Of a stretch of 64,000 nt of DNA, positions 22,528-34,302 are shown piece by piece. The stretch's first letter is position 1; the number at the start of each line of letters is the position of its first letter. Below the pieces are notes generated by a model. The model saw only the letters and a program-made list of their open reading frames with translations, did not search any database and was not told the DNA's origin. Source of the stretch: Escherichia coli (GTDB lineage: Bacteria > Pseudomonadota > Gammaproteobacteria > Enterobacterales > Enterobacteriaceae); NCBI RefSeq assembly GCF_017348835.2, contig NZ_CP071375.1; one strand, written 5' to 3'. Made by a program: the position numbers and the translations under genes.

Positions 22528-22974
22528 ATGCACGACTCACTAACCATTGCGTTGCTCCAGGCGCGAGAAGCGGCGATGAGTTATTTTCGCCCAATCGTTA
22601 AACGGCATAATTTGACTGAACAACAGTGGCGCATCGTGCGTATTCTGGCGGAAAGCCCATCAATGGATTTTCACGATCTGGCGTATCGCGCCTGCATTTT
22701 GCGCCCAAGCCTGACCGGGATCCTTACGCGGATGGAACGCGACGGTTTAGTGTTGCGATTAAAGCCAATCAATGATCAGCGGAAGCTCTATATCTCGCTA
22801 ACCAAAGAGGGGCAGGCGCTGTATAACCGCGCCCAGACACAGATTGAAGAAGCCTATCGGCAGATTGAAGCTCAGTTTACTGCCGAGAAAATGCAACAGT
22901 TAACCCATCTGTTAGAGGAATTTATTGCTCTGGGCAATTCCCGACAAGAAGACATCCCGGGCGATAATGAATAA
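22528..22974 (+). CDS. hpaR: MarR-family repressor of the hpa meta operon
   Basis: 148 aa from MHDSLTIALLQAREAAMSYFRPIVKRHNLTEQQWRIVRILAESP...; winged-helix MarR fold. Confidence 0.85.
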   Translation: MHDSLTIALLQAREAAMSYFRPIVKRHNLTEQQWRIVRILAESPSMDFHDLAYRACILRPSLTGILTRMERDGLVLRLKPINDQRKLYISLTKEGQALYNRAQTQIEEAYRQIEAQFTAEKMQQLTHLLEEFIALGNSRQEDIPGDNE

Positions 22975-23035
22975 CTTTTTAGTATCTGATAACCAGCGCC
23001 TGGTTTTTCCATGGATGGCGGGTTACACCTTTTCA

Positions 23036-23062
23036 TAAAGTTTTTGCTTTCCAGGTCGAAAA
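23036..23062 (+). promoter_or_regulatory. putative sigma-28 (FliA) promoter of tsr
   Basis: TAAAGTTT-N11-GTCGAAAA versus consensus TAAAGTTT-N11-GCCGATAA, about 30 nt upstream of the tsr ATG. Confidence 0.5.
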
Positions 23063-23092
23063 TCTTGCATCGGTCCACAGGAAAGAGAAACC

Positions 23093-24757
23093 ATGTTAAA
23101 ACGTATCAAGATCGTGACCAGCTTACTGCTGGTTTTGGCCGTTTTTGGCCTTTTACAACTGACATCAGGCGGTCTGTTCTTTAATGCCTTAAAGAATGAC
23201 AAAGAAAATTTCACTGTTTTACAAACCATTCGTCAGCAGCAATCCACGCTGAATGGCAGCTGGGTCGCGTTGTTGCAGACGCGTAACACCCTCAACCGCG
23301 CGGGTATCCGCTACATGATGGATCAGAATAATATTGGTAGCGGTTCAACCGTTGCTGAGCTGATGCAGAGTGCCAGTATTTCGCTGAAACAGGCGGAAAA
23401 AAACTGGGCAGATTACGAAGCGTTGCCGCGTGACCCGCGTCAGAGCACCGCCGCAGCGGCAGAGATCAAACGTAATTACGATATTTATCACAATGCGCTG
23501 GCGGAGCTGATCCAACTGTTAGGTGCAGGCAAAATCAACGAGTTCTTTGATCAGCCGACCCAGGGATATCAGGACGGTTTCGAGAAGCAGTATGTGGCTT
23601 ACATAGAGCAAAACGATCGGCTCTATGATATCGCCGTCAGCGATAACAATGCCTCCTACAGCCAGGCGATGTGGATTCTGTTGGGCGTGATGATCGTCGT
23701 ACTGGCGGTCATCTTCGCCGTCTGGTTCGGTATTAAAGCCTCGTTGGTAGCGCCAATGAATCGCCTGATTGACAGCATTCGTCATATTGCAGGCGGCGAT
23801 CTGGTGAAACCGATTGAGGTGGATGGCTCTAATGAGATGGGGCAACTGGCAGAGAGTTTGCGCCATATGCAGGGAGAGCTGATGCGTACCGTCGGTGATG
23901 TGCGCAACGGGGCCAATGCCATCTATAGCGGTGCCAGCGAAATCGCCACCGGCAATAACGATCTCTCTTCGCGCACCGAGCAACAGGCCGCTTCGCTGGA
24001 AGAGACGGCAGCCAGCATGGAGCAACTGACCGCAACGGTGAAACAGAACGCCGAGAATGCGCGCCAGGCCAGCCACCTGGCGTTAAGTGCTTCTGAAACG
24101 GCGCAACGCGGCGGCAAAGTGGTAGATAACGTGGTGCAGACTATGCGTGATATCTCCACCAGTTCGCAGAAAATCGCCGATATTATCAGCGTAATTGACG
24201 GCATTGCCTTCCAGACCAATATTCTGGCTTTGAACGCGGCGGTTGAAGCAGCGCGTGCGGGTGAGCAAGGACGTGGTTTTGCGGTGGTTGCGGGAGAAGT
24301 GCGTAATCTGGCCCAGCGTAGCGCCCAGGCGGCTCGTGAAATTAAAAGCCTGATTGAAGACTCGGTGGGGAAAGTGGATGTTGGCTCTACGCTGGTCGAA
24401 AGCGCCGGGGAAACAATGGCGGAGATTGTCAGTGCCGTGACCCGCGTGACGGACATTATGGGCGAAATAGCTTCTGCTTCTGATGAGCAGAGCCGTGGTA
24501 TCGATCAGGTTGGCTTAGCGGTTGCTGAGATGGACCGGGTAACTCAACAGAACGCCGCGCTGGTGGAAGAATCTGCCGCTGCCGCCGCCGCGCTGGAAGA
24601 GCAGGCCAGTCGCCTGACCGAAGCTGTGGCAGTGTTCCGGATTCAGCAACAGCAGCAACAGCAGCGTGAAACATCGGCTGTGGTAAAAACCGTGACGCCA
24701 GCTACGCCGCGTAAAATGGCAGTGGCAGATAGCGGGGAGAACTGGGAAACGTTTTAA
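23093..24757 (+). CDS. tsr: methyl-accepting chemotaxis protein I (serine chemoreceptor), ends NWETF
   Basis: 554 aa; full-length match to Tsr; C-terminal glutamine run is 7 residues. Confidence 0.92.
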   Translation: MLKRIKIVTSLLLVLAVFGLLQLTSGGLFFNALKNDKENFTVLQTIRQQQSTLNGSWVALLQTRNTLNRAGIRYMMDQNNIGSGSTVAELMQSASISLKQAEKNWADYEALPRDPRQSTAAAAEIKRNYDIYHNALAELIQLLGAGKINEFFDQPTQGYQDGFEKQYVAYIEQNDRLYDIAVSDNNASYSQAMWILLGVMIVVLAVIFAVWFGIKASLVAPMNRLIDSIRHIAGGDLVKPIEVDGSNEMGQLAESLRHMQGELMRTVGDVRNGANAIYSGASEIATGNNDLSSRTEQQAASLEETAASMEQLTATVKQNAENARQASHLALSASETAQRGGKVVDNVVQTMRDISTSSQKIADIISVIDGIAFQTNILALNAAVEAARAGEQGRGFAVVAGEVRNLAQRSAQAAREIKSLIEDSVGKVDVGSTLVESAGETMAEIVSAVTRVTDIMGEIASASDEQSRGIDQVGLAVAEMDRVTQQNAALVEESAAAAAALEEQASRLTEAVAVFRIQQQQQQQRETSAVVKTVTPATPRKMAVADSGENWETF

Positions 24758-24769
24758 TCGCCATAAAAA

Positions 24770-24799
24770 TGCCCGATAAGCAAAATGTTATCGGGCATA
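24770..24799. terminator. hairpin between convergent tsr and lgoT (atgcccgataa-loop-ttatcgggcat)
   Basis: 11-bp inverted repeat. Confidence 0.5.
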
Positions 24800-24805
24800 G
24801 GGAGT

Positions 24806-26167
24806 TTAATCTTTACGCGGGTCGTTGATCGGCTGACGAACCAGGAAGATGTACGCCAGTGCTCCCGCTGCGGTGACGCAACCGCAAATGATTAGTGCCA
24901 GACGGAATGAGTGGGTTGTATCAACAATAAAACCAGTAATGATCGGCGCGAAAGAGGCGCAGATGAAGCTGGCAAAGTTCTGGATACTGCCCACCGACGC
25001 AGTCATGCGAGAAGCAACTGCGACGTGGATCAAGCCCCAGCAGGATGTTCCGGCAAAGTGAATACAGAACAGTGCCATGCCAATCAGCAGAACCGCCATC
25101 ATGGATGTTGTCGCTTGTGGTACTATCAGCGTAAAGGCGGCAGAACAGAACATCCCGGCAATAATGCAGATCTTACGGCTTTTAATCGGAGCCATTCCCC
25201 CTTTGACCAGCCAGTCAGTAACGTAACCGTTGACCAGCATCCCGGCAGCCCCAAACAGGAAAGGGATAGCCGCCATCAACCCTGTGCTTTTTAAATCCAG
25301 GTTATAGGCTGTTTGCAGGTAACCAGGAAGCCAGGCCAGATACAGCCACGCAGTGTAGTTGATGCCACTGAATCCGAGCATCATTCCCCACATTGTGCGG
25401 TTACGGAACAGGCTGCGCCATTCGGCAAAACTGAGCGGATCTCGGCGTGCATTGACGCTACCTGCATTGAGATAAGCTTGTTCAACGGCAGTCAGTTCTA
25501 CGTGCTCGCGGTTGCGATAGAGCATATACCAGCCGATGGCGAGAAAAATCCCCAGTACACCAATGGTAATAAACATCCCGCGCCAGCCCATCACCAGCAT
25601 CATCGCCGCCAGAATCGGTGGGCTTACGGCAACGCCAATGGTAGAAGCTGCGTTGAAGAAGCCCATCGGGCGTCCGCGCTCTTTGATGTTGAACCAGTCG
25701 TTAATGACTTTTACACCGCATGGGTTCATCGGCGCTTCACCAATCCCCATACCGATACGCACCAACACGAACTGCGTAAAGCTGTGCACCATGCCAGACA
25801 TGGCCTGGAACAGTGACCAGAAGAACATCCCCAGTCCCAGCATCAGGCGTGGGCCTTTACGATCCAATAGTGGGCCGCAAGGAAGTTGCGCAATGCCGTA
25901 AGCGAGTGAAAACACGGAGAGCAAAGCGCCGATTTCGGTGGCACTTAATCCCAATTCTTCACGAATCGTTAAATTTGCTACCGACAGCGAACTGCGGTCG
26001 AGATAATTGATTACCGCCGCAAAAAATAATAACAACATGGCGGTGGTTTGAATGCGTTTAATTCGGGTACTGCGTTGAACTAATCCATCTGGTGGCACGG
26101 GAATATCTGCCGACGAAGATGGAGTAAATGAAGAACGCGGATCGAGGGTGATATTTTCTTTTTCCAC
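24806..26167 (-). CDS. lgoT: L-galactonate:H+ symporter (MFS)
   Basis: 453 aa MEKENITLDPRSSFTPSSSADIPVPPDGLVQRSTRIKRIQTTAMLLLFFAAV..., recognised as YjjL/LgoT. Confidence 0.88.
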   Translation of the reverse strand: MEKENITLDPRSSFTPSSSADIPVPPDGLVQRSTRIKRIQTTAMLLLFFAAVINYLDRSSLSVANLTIREELGLSATEIGALLSVFSLAYGIAQLPCGPLLDRKGPRLMLGLGMFFWSLFQAMSGMVHSFTQFVLVRIGMGIGEAPMNPCGVKVINDWFNIKERGRPMGFFNAASTIGVAVSPPILAAMMLVMGWRGMFITIGVLGIFLAIGWYMLYRNREHVELTAVEQAYLNAGSVNARRDPLSFAEWRSLFRNRTMWGMMLGFSGINYTAWLYLAWLPGYLQTAYNLDLKSTGLMAAIPFLFGAAGMLVNGYVTDWLVKGGMAPIKSRKICIIAGMFCSAAFTLIVPQATTSMMAVLLIGMALFCIHFAGTSCWGLIHVAVASRMTASVGSIQNFASFICASFAPIITGFIVDTTHSFRLALIICGCVTAAGALAYIFLVRQPINDPRKD

Positions 26168-26381
26168 GCCGGACTCCTGTATTTATAATTTTAATTGTTT
26201 ACGTAATTGTGCATTACGCAAGGTTGACATTAACGGCAGGTTAAAGTTTTAGGACTTTACTACCGCTCACAAAAACATTTTTAGTCGACTGATTGTGAGC
26301 ATAGGTAAGCGGGAATTTCCCGGTATTTATCTTTTGATAAAACCGTGCACCCGCTAATAGTTTGCTGTTTTTAATCCGTAC

Positions 26382-27296
26382 TTAATGAGCATAACGCGTG
26401 TTCTCATTAATGGATCGAATCATTGATTGTTTCGCTGAATTCAAATGGTTACGGAGCGCAAGGGTGGCATCAAGGTCACTGCGGCAAATCAGAGCGCTGA
26501 GAATGGTCATATGTTCATCGACGGCAATGATATTGCGCTGTTTAAGATCGCTTTCGTCCCATTGATAGTGAAAATGAAAGATGACTGAGATGATCTCAAG
26601 CGATTGATCAAAAAAGATATTGTCGGCAGCTGAAAGCAGTAAGGAGTGAAAATCTCTGTCAAGTTGCGAGAACATGCGAAAGCTATTGCCGATGTTGTCA
26701 CGCAGTAGCCGATGACGTTCGAGCATGGTTTTCGCCTGCAGCCAGCGGGGATCATGATCAGGCAGGTTGAGAAAGTGCTGAAGTGAATGTGTTTCGAGCA
26801 TTTCGCGTAGCTCAAACAGCTGCTCGGCGTAGGATTGATCGAATTGCTTCATGCTCCACTGGCCGCGCTTTTCGCTTTGAATAAGATTATAACGGCCGAA
26901 TTTTAAAAGATATTCTCTTACAACCACCGGGCTGACACCCGCGGCCCGAGCCAGTTGCAGTTCAGAAAAAGTTTCCCCAGGGCGTAACTGACGCTGGTTT
27001 ATCATCGTGAAAAAAGCCTGCTCAAACACTTTGTTTTGTTCACTCATTGAAGCGGTAGTACAGGCGAAACCGTCATCATGGTCAGGTTTACGCGCAATAA
27101 CATAGTCGTTTCCAACCTGCGTTAAGACGCCGCATTCGCGTAAGTGGCTGAGAATATGACGCACTGTAGTGCGGCTGATGTTGTACATTTCCGCCAGCGC
27201 ACTTTGCGATGGAAGTGGGGAAGGGATATGACCCCGCGCCATATCATCAATGACCTGGTTAATCACATTGTGGCGTAAATTTTGTGAACGACTCAT
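26382..27296 (-). CDS. lgoR: GntR-type transcriptional regulator of L-galactonate catabolism
   Basis: 304 aa MSRSQNLRHNVINQVIDDMARGHIPSPLPSQSALAEMYNISRTTVRHILSHL..., recognised as YjjM/LgoR. Confidence 0.88.
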   Translation of the reverse strand: MSRSQNLRHNVINQVIDDMARGHIPSPLPSQSALAEMYNISRTTVRHILSHLRECGVLTQVGNDYVIARKPDHDDGFACTTASMSEQNKVFEQAFFTMINQRQLRPGETFSELQLARAAGVSPVVVREYLLKFGRYNLIQSEKRGQWSMKQFDQSYAEQLFELREMLETHSLQHFLNLPDHDPRWLQAKTMLERHRLLRDNIGNSFRMFSQLDRDFHSLLLSAADNIFFDQSLEIISVIFHFHYQWDESDLKQRNIIAVDEHMTILSALICRSDLDATLALRNHLNSAKQSMIRSINENTRYAH

Positions 27297-27434
27297 ATTT
27301 TCCTCCTTGTGAGTCCATTAAAACCCGATTTAAAACATTTTTATGCGTGTGTTTTCACAAAACAGATTTTCCGTTCCGCTGCCATTTTTCATTTTCATTG
27401 ATATCTAAGGCAACAAAAAATGGAGAGCCGAATC

Positions 27435-28457
27435 ATGTCTACGATGAATGTTTTAATTTGCCAGCAGCCGAAAGAATTAGTCTGGAAACAACGCGAGATA
27501 CCTATTCCGGGTGACAATGAAGCATTAATAAAAATTAAGTCTGTCGGGATTTGCGGTACCGATATTCATGCCTGGGGTGGAAATCAACCATTTTTTAGTT
27601 ATCCACGGGTTTTAGGCCATGAAATATGTGGGGAGATTGTTGGGCTGGGTAAAAATATTGCTGATCTTAAAAATGGTCAGCAAGTTGCTGTGATCCCTTA
27701 TGTTGCCTGTCAGCAATGCCCGGCGTGTAAAAGCGGGCGTACCAATTGCTGTGAAAAAATTTCAGTCATTGGCGTGCATCAGGATGGCGGTTTTAGTGAG
27801 TATTTGAGCGTGCCGGTGGCGAACATTTTGCCCGCAGACGGTATTGACCCACAGGCGGCAGCATTGATTGAACCTTTCGCTATTAGCGCTCATGCGGTGC
27901 GTCGCGCAGCCATTGCTCCCGGCGAGCAGGTGCTGGTGGTCGGGGCGGGGCCAATCGGTCTGGGTGCGGCGGCAATCGCTAAAGCCGATGGCGCACAGGT
28001 GGTGGTGGCGGATACCAGTCCGGCGCGCCGTGAACATGTGGCAACGCGTCTGGAGTTGCCCGTGCTGGACCCGTCAGCCGAAGATTTTGACGCGCAGCTG
28101 CGGGCGCAGTTTGGTGGTTCGCTGGCGCAGAAAGTGATCGACGCGACAGGTAATCAACATGCGATGAATAACACCGTGAATCTGATTCGTCACGGCGGCA
28201 CGGTGGTATTTGTCGGCCTGTTTAAAGGTGAGTTGCAGTTCTCCGATCCGGAATTCCATAAAAAAGAAACGACGATGATGGGCAGCCGCAACGCCACGCC
28301 GGAAGATTTTGCTAAAGTCGGTCGACTGATGGCGGAAGGAAAAATCACTGCTGACATGATGTTAACCCATCGCTATCCGTTCGCCACGCTGGCAGAAACC
28401 TACGAGCGCGATGTGATTAACAATCGTGAGTTGATTAAGGGTGTAATTACTTTCTGA
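27435..28457 (+). CDS. lgoD: L-galactonate 5-dehydrogenase (zinc-dependent MDR)
   Basis: 340 aa from MSTMNVLICQQPKELVWKQREIPIPGDNEALIKIKSVGICGTDIHAW... Confidence 0.88.
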   Translation: MSTMNVLICQQPKELVWKQREIPIPGDNEALIKIKSVGICGTDIHAWGGNQPFFSYPRVLGHEICGEIVGLGKNIADLKNGQQVAVIPYVACQQCPACKSGRTNCCEKISVIGVHQDGGFSEYLSVPVANILPADGIDPQAAALIEPFAISAHAVRRAAIAPGEQVLVVGAGPIGLGAAAIAKADGAQVVVADTSPARREHVATRLELPVLDPSAEDFDAQLRAQFGGSLAQKVIDATGNQHAMNNTVNLIRHGGTVVFVGLFKGELQFSDPEFHKKETTMMGSRNATPEDFAKVGRLMAEGKITADMMLTHRYPFATLAETYERDVINNRELIKGVITF

Positions 28458-28542
28458 TAAGGCGAGATTATTAAAGTTGCCATGCAGCGTCCGGGGAAGT
28501 GTTGGGCGCTGTTTTTTTGTTTCTTAATAATGTGTTGTAAGC

Positions 28543-28571
28543 CGTAGAAGGCGTGTAGGTCGCACCTTATG
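28543..28571. terminator. hairpin between convergent lgoD and opgB (tgtaggtcgca-loop-tgcgacctaca)
   Basis: 11-bp inverted repeat. Confidence 0.45.
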
Positions 28572-28593
28572 CGACCTACACATCAGTCAGGAA

Positions 28594-30885
28594 TTACCCT
28601 TCACGTTCTACCACTTTAATTTCTACCATGCCGATCCCGAGCTTACGCGGCGAGTGTCCGAGGATATTCCCTTCGTTGGTTGAGACAGGTTCCGGCGGCA
28701 CAATTACCAGTGTGTCGGCATCGGTTGGGTTATCGAAATGCAGTGTGGTGGTGGTCACTTCATTGCCCAGCACAAGAGTTTGTTCTTCATTGCCTACGCG
28801 TACCGGAATAGGACGGCTGGCGTTATTGCCGTATGCTTTGGCGGTAATCACCAGGTCAAATTTCTTCGGCAGCGGATGCTTGTACTCGATTTTTACTTCA
28901 TCGCCCAGCTGCGCGTTGGACCAGCGGCCCCACGACTCCGGACGGGAAATCCCGCTAAACTGTTTCACCTCTTCTGGCGCACCGGCGACGTTAAAGATGA
29001 AACTGTCGGCTTTGTAGCGAATATCGTTATCAACAATCTTCAGCGTATCGACATTGCCTTTGTAACGCGCCATGTCGATGACCGTATCTTTAAATGCCGT
29101 TTTGCCCTTCCACATTGTTTTATCAACATGCTGGACAATTTGCTGACCGCCAAGCTGCCCTTGCGAGACACACCAGTCGGTGGAGAGTGCCAGTTCCGGA
29201 GCCCAAAGTTGTGCCATCTTGTAGCAACGGTCAACCCAGACGAAATTGTCGCGTGGAGCGAAATCGGCCAGCTGGAAACGCAGCGGTGCTGAGTATTCAC
29301 TTTCCGGCAGCGGTTCCACGCGTTTGTCTGAAACCCGCAACAGCAGCGGCAAACGGAAATGGCTACCCGAGAAGGCAATCATGTTTTTCTGCTGGTCGAT
29401 GGTGAACTCTTTCATCTCTTTAGGGAATTTCCACAGGCGGATGATATCCGGCTTCCACGCCAATGTTTTCTCTTTGATATTGAGGAAGATTTCCGACATT
29501 GACTGCCCGGATAAACTGCTACGACCAAGTCCGAGATAGTTATCGCCACCGAGAATGTCCAGAACCGTCGCGCCGTTATCCATCGTGTTACGCTTCACCG
29601 CCAGCGTCTCTTGCTGCGGCTTGTCGCCACGGATGACAAAAAACAGGTTATTGCGATCCTGCTTATTGAGGTATTTCCACGCCGTGTTGTTCATCGCTAA
29701 ATGGTCAGAAGAGACGACGATGACAGTATCTTTAAACCACGGTGACGCTTTGATTTTGTTGATAAACGTCGCGATGTTCTCCTGGCTGCAACTTACCGCG
29801 CTGAATGACTGATTCGGCTTACCGTCAAAATCATATTTTTTGCGGTTACAGGTACGAGAGATAAAACCATCCGGGTGATGGGTATCTACTGTCAGGGTAA
29901 ACAGTGAGAATCGCTGACCAGAACGGGAAAGCTCTTCAAACTTTTTCCACGCTTCATCGAGAACGGTATCGTCGTAGAATCCCCAGTCGTTGCGATAGTG
30001 CGGGTCGGCTACCACGCTTTTCAGCTCTTCTGAGCCGTATAAGTGGTCGAAGCCATGCGACTTCAGGAACACATCTTTCCCGGCAAAACGCAGATTCGCG
30101 CCCTGCACGAAATAGTTCTGATAACCCGAGTTTTTCAGGATATCGCCCAGACAGATGTTCTGCGGGAAGAAGCTGGAGACAGAGGCGGAGGCGTTGCCTT
30201 CAAAGGGGGCAAACAGCGGTATGCCGCACTGAGAAGCCACCATGCCCGCAATCGTGTAATCTGTTCCCGGCAGCTGCTGCGTGTGGCTGAAATCTAGGCC
30301 TTCATTTTTCAACGCGCCCAGTTCAGGCGTGAGATCCGGGAAAGCCTCGTTATCAAAATAGGTCCGCTCGAGACTTTCGCCGTAGATATAAACCAGGTTG
30401 AGTTTCGGGTCAGGGATAGTTTTCGACGGCTCTTTATAATAAGCCGCAAAGTCCGGGTCGCCGTCGCGTGACTGGGATTTCACCAGTTCCGTTATCTGAC
30501 GAAATGCCGGGCTGGCGTCCACCGAACCCAGCGCCAGTAAGAGCGCCAGCAGGCTGTAACCAAAATGGTGCGGATGATGGCGACGACGGCGCAGGATCCA
30601 GCCCAGCGCACCGAACACCGCTGTCAGCCCCAGCACAATGCCGATACCCGGCAAAATGTATTTGCTGACGCCAGCACCGGTCAGGCTGTTGGTTAAGGTA
30701 TAGAGAACCGCGTCGTTAATACCATCGCCAGTAAAATAGTCGCTGGCAAACAGGGTGATATTTAAAACGACAAATAGCCCCAGCACCGTTAATGTGGCTG
30801 CAAACCACCAGGTGTTACGTCCCGCTTTCCATGCGTAAATCAGCACAGAGGCGAGAAAAAGGGCGAAAGAGAGTAGTTCTGACAA
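28594..30885 (-). CDS. opgB: phosphoglycerol transferase I (osmoregulated periplasmic glucan biosynthesis)
   Basis: 763 aa [51 protein letters not shown]...; sulfatase-like domain. Confidence 0.92.
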   Translation of the reverse strand: MSELLSFALFLASVLIYAWKAGRNTWWFAATLTVLGLFVVLNITLFASDYFTGDGINDAVLYTLTNSLTGAGVSKYILPGIGIVLGLTAVFGALGWILRRRRHHPHHFGYSLLALLLALGSVDASPAFRQITELVKSQSRDGDPDFAAYYKEPSKTIPDPKLNLVYIYGESLERTYFDNEAFPDLTPELGALKNEGLDFSHTQQLPGTDYTIAGMVASQCGIPLFAPFEGNASASVSSFFPQNICLGDILKNSGYQNYFVQGANLRFAGKDVFLKSHGFDHLYGSEELKSVVADPHYRNDWGFYDDTVLDEAWKKFEELSRSGQRFSLFTLTVDTHHPDGFISRTCNRKKYDFDGKPNQSFSAVSCSQENIATFINKIKASPWFKDTVIVVSSDHLAMNNTAWKYLNKQDRNNLFFVIRGDKPQQETLAVKRNTMDNGATVLDILGGDNYLGLGRSSLSGQSMSEIFLNIKEKTLAWKPDIIRLWKFPKEMKEFTIDQQKNMIAFSGSHFRLPLLLRVSDKRVEPLPESEYSAPLRFQLADFAPRDNFVWVDRCYKMAQLWAPELALSTDWCVSQGQLGGQQIVQHVDKTMWKGKTAFKDTVIDMARYKGNVDTLKIVDNDIRYKADSFIFNVAGAPEEVKQFSGISRPESWGRWSNAQLGDEVKIEYKHPLPKKFDLVITAKAYGNNASRPIPVRVGNEEQTLVLGNEVTTTTLHFDNPTDADTLVIVPPEPVSTNEGNILGHSPRKLGIGMVEIKVVEREG

Positions 30886-31138
30886 CGGGCGATCCTCACT
30901 AAACCGGGCCGTTTAGCCAACGTTTAAGCTTTTTGAGAAGCACAATGTAATGGCGTCGCCATATTGCTGCAATTCTAGTGTCAAAAAAATGCGATGTTGT
31001 TAGGAATTAGTTTATAAACAGACTTTTTTGATAACGGTCACTTCCCGTGTAACAGGGGGAAAACCGTCCAGGAGCAGGGAAAAGGGCAGGAGAGAGCCGC
31101 GTCAGCCGGGTAACAGCTAAAACGCGGCGTTTCGCGGT

Positions 31139-31636
31139 TCAGGAAATGAAGTTCAGCCCCTGCTTTAACACCAGATCGCAGGCTTTGGTTTTCACCTTTT
31201 CTGCCAGCGGAGTTGTTCCGATGTTATCCAGATTGAGTTGCTGACCATCTTTGGTTTTCAGCAAACCCTGAATGCCGTCCAGATAGTTGGTGTCTTCTTT
31301 TTGCTCTTCACTGTTCAGGCCCAGCTTTTCCAGTACCTGATTCTTGATGTTTTCGGCATCGGTTACCGACGCCAGCTTTTGCTTCGCGCAGTATTGCAGA
31401 ATGCCTGCGGCATTGTTCATGTTATCTGCGCTTAAGGCCTGGTTTCCGCTGCTAAGCAAGTTAGTTAATGACGCGAGCGACCAACCGCCTTCCTGTGTCG
31501 TGCTGTTTTGGTTGCCAAGTTCGCTGGCGGCGCTGGAGAGCGCATCTTTCCAGGACGCAGCATGCACCCCGGTGGAAATTAATGCGCTGGCGGCAATGGC
31601 ACAGCACAGAAGATGTTTAACAGTTTTCATCATCAT
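31139..31636 (-). CDS. yjjA: DUF2501 secreted protein YjjA
   Basis: 165 aa with signal peptide MMMKTVKHLLCCAIAASALISTGVHA. Confidence 0.85.
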   Translation of the reverse strand: MMMKTVKHLLCCAIAASALISTGVHAASWKDALSSAASELGNQNSTTQEGGWSLASLTNLLSSGNQALSADNMNNAAGILQYCAKQKLASVTDAENIKNQVLEKLGLNSEEQKEDTNYLDGIQGLLKTKDGQQLNLDNIGTTPLAEKVKTKACDLVLKQGLNFIS

Positions 31637-31681
31637 TACTCAAGGTGGAATTGTGTCGCAGTATACCGCCAGAAACGGGGA

Positions 31682-32419
31682 TTAATACTCTTTACCTGTT
31701 ACCCGGCTACGGTAGCTATCCCAGTTGAAGATCACCCACAAACTGTTACCCAGGCGCATACGGTCCATCACGCGTTCGCCCAGCAACTTGGTCATCTCTT
31801 CCATATTACTGTTGGTCAGCATCCCGGTTGGGCGTTTGGAAGAAGAGCGGCGATCGACGATCTGGTTGATGATCACTTTTTCGTATTTCGATTCGGTCTG
31901 CACGCCGATCTCATCGATCACCAGCAGATCAACGTTGCTCAGATCGTTAAGCAGTTGTTCTTCGCTGGTACCGCTATTCCTGAAGGTATCTTTCATCGCC
32001 GACATAATATCGGCCACGGTGATGATCAATACGGATTTACCGCGTAGCAGCAGCTCGTTGCAGATTGCCGCCGCCAGATGGTTTTTACCGGTTCCTGGCT
32101 TACCAGAAAAGATGAAGCTGGCGATGTTGCCGTCAAACTCTTCGACATACTGGCGCGCTTTACTTAACGCATTCATCTGCCCTTCACACTCAACGCGATA
32201 GTTCTCAAAGGAGCAGTTCTGATGCAGTGGACGAATACCGGAGCGGTTAAAGGTGCGCTGCATTTTCATCGCCCGATTTTCACGTTCGAGAGCGGCGGAG
32301 CGGATCGCCCCTTGTTCTTTCTGCCAGGCCAGTAGCTCTTCACCCGTTTTGAATGCAGGTTTGATATGGGCAGGCATCATTTTTTGCAGGCGTTGCATCA
32401 GGTCGCCAACGTTTTTCAT
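31682..32419 (-). CDS. dnaC: DNA replication helicase loader DnaC
   Basis: 245 aa with Walker A GKPGTGKNHLAAAI. Confidence 0.95.
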   Translation of the reverse strand: MKNVGDLMQRLQKMMPAHIKPAFKTGEELLAWQKEQGAIRSAALERENRAMKMQRTFNRSGIRPLHQNCSFENYRVECEGQMNALSKARQYVEEFDGNIASFIFSGKPGTGKNHLAAAICNELLLRGKSVLIITVADIMSAMKDTFRNSGTSEEQLLNDLSNVDLLVIDEIGVQTESKYEKVIINQIVDRRSSSKRPTGMLTNSNMEEMTKLLGERVMDRMRLGNSLWVIFNWDSYRSRVTGKEY

Positions 32420-32421
32420 CG

Positions 32422-32961
32422 TTACCCTCTGAATCCTGGTGGAATTTGGCTGTCAGGTTCACTGACCGTATTCACATCTCGTTTCGGCAGTCCGCCGTTG
32501 CTGGCACGACCGATTTGCAGGCTGCGCGCCAGTTTTTGTTGCCACTGCACATGGTGAAAGACTTTACCTTCCGCCTGCCAGTAGGCAATGAATGAGGCCA
32601 GTTCTTCGGTGGTCACCGGCTCTCTTAGCGCCACGCCCCATAGCGCCGCCAGGCGGATAAAGTCGGCATCGGGTTGCCAGTCCGGATACATGGCGAATTT
32701 CCCCATGGGTACAGCAACGGGAGCGGCTTGCGGTTCCTGATAGAGTTGATCGTCCAGAGCGACATCGCTTCCCGGACGCGCCAGCTTTTCTTCCAGCGCC
32801 AGCAGTTCAGCCAGGCGTGCAGGCGTGACGGCATAAAACGCCGGGGCATTGTTAGCAAATACGGCAACCACACCGCCTTCAGCTTTTGCCAGAACGGTTT
32901 GGTGATCGTGTACCAGGGCGTCAATACCAACGACGTCCGGGGTCAAAACTCTGGAAGACAT
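32422..32961 (-). CDS. dnaT: primosomal protein DnaT
   Basis: 179 aa from [45 protein letters not shown]... Confidence 0.92.
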
Positions 32962-33067
32962 ACTGTTTCTCAAATATGGAACGATGAACGAGAAGGGAGA
33001 TAACTTTTATAGTAACACACGGAGGAGAGGAGGCTGTCTCTCATCCGTGTGCTTAAGCGAGGCAATT

Positions 33068-33541
33068 TTATACGCGAGGGCGCTTGCGGTACAACCATAA
33101 TCCAGGAATGGAAAGACCGATGGATAACGCACCAACAATCGATGAAGCTGTAAGAAAGTTGGTTAACAGGGTAATCATCAACGGTTCGCTGTAACCTAAC
33201 TGGCTGATTTTTACCGCCGAAATCATTGCGGTATAAGCCGATATGCCCGGGAACATAGGGATAACGGCCGCCACGGTAAACACTTTCGGATGCGCCAGAT
33301 ACCAGCGCGACCATTGAATACCAATGGTGCCGACCAGCATAGAAGCCATAAAGGTTGACCACTCAATATTCAACCCGCTGGTCATCAAGATCATTCGGGA
33401 ACCATGACCTATCGAGCCAAGCAGCGCACACCAGCGTAACGCCCGCACGGGAACGTTGAACACCATCGCAAAGCCGACCGCAGGAATGGCGGCGAGGATC
33501 ATATCCTGCGCCAACGCTAACAGAAATTCGATCACACCCAT
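33068..33541 (-). CDS. yjjB: ThrE-family membrane protein YjjB
   Basis: 157 aa from [31 protein letters not shown]...; overlaps yjjP by 10 nt. Confidence 0.88.
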
Positions 33542-34302
33542 CCGCGTAGCCCCCAAATCGTCAGTGCCATCACCACGCCGACGCAGGTAGCCAGTGTCAG
33601 CAGACTGGCGATCGCCCAGCGTGCCAGTCCGGTATTGATGTGGCCTTTAAACATATCGGCGACGGCATTAATCAACGGAAAGCCCGGAACCAGCAGCAGA
33701 ACGCTGGCGGCCATCGCAATGGTGGGGGTATTGCTGAAAGTGGGGAGTTGCAAAAGCAATCCGGAAATGGTGGTGGCGGCGAAAGCGGTGAGGCAAAAGT
33801 TGATCTGTGGATGAAGATGACGTTGTGCCAGCAGCTGGCGGATATACATCGCGGTCGTACTGGCAAAGAAGGTGATGACGGCACCATCCCAGCCACCGTT
33901 ACTGAGTTTACAGAAACAGGCGCAAGAAAGGCCAACCATTAAGGCTACCAGCCATCTTGGGTAACGTAATGGCTGAATTTGGCTAAATCGTTTCTCTACG
34001 CCTTTGTAATCCAGCAGATGATGCTCCGCAAGAATCACAATGTGCTGGACTTCAGTCACCACATGCATATTAATGCCGCGATCGTGATTTTTACGTGTCG
34101 ATGTCAGGCATTGCCCATCTTTAATAGTTGTCAGCACTATGGCGTTCGAAGAGATAGAACTTTCGACACTGTCCATTCCCAGCGCCCGACCCAGTCGTGA
34201 GGAAAGCTCATCAACCAACGCGCTTTCCGCACCATGTTGCAAAAGAAATAATCCACACTGGATACAAAGCCGTGTTACGGCTCGCTGTTGCTCAGTTTGC
34301 AT
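33532..34302 (-). CDS. yjjP: ThrE-family membrane protein YjjP
   Basis: 256 aa from [45 protein letters not shown]... Confidence 0.88.
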
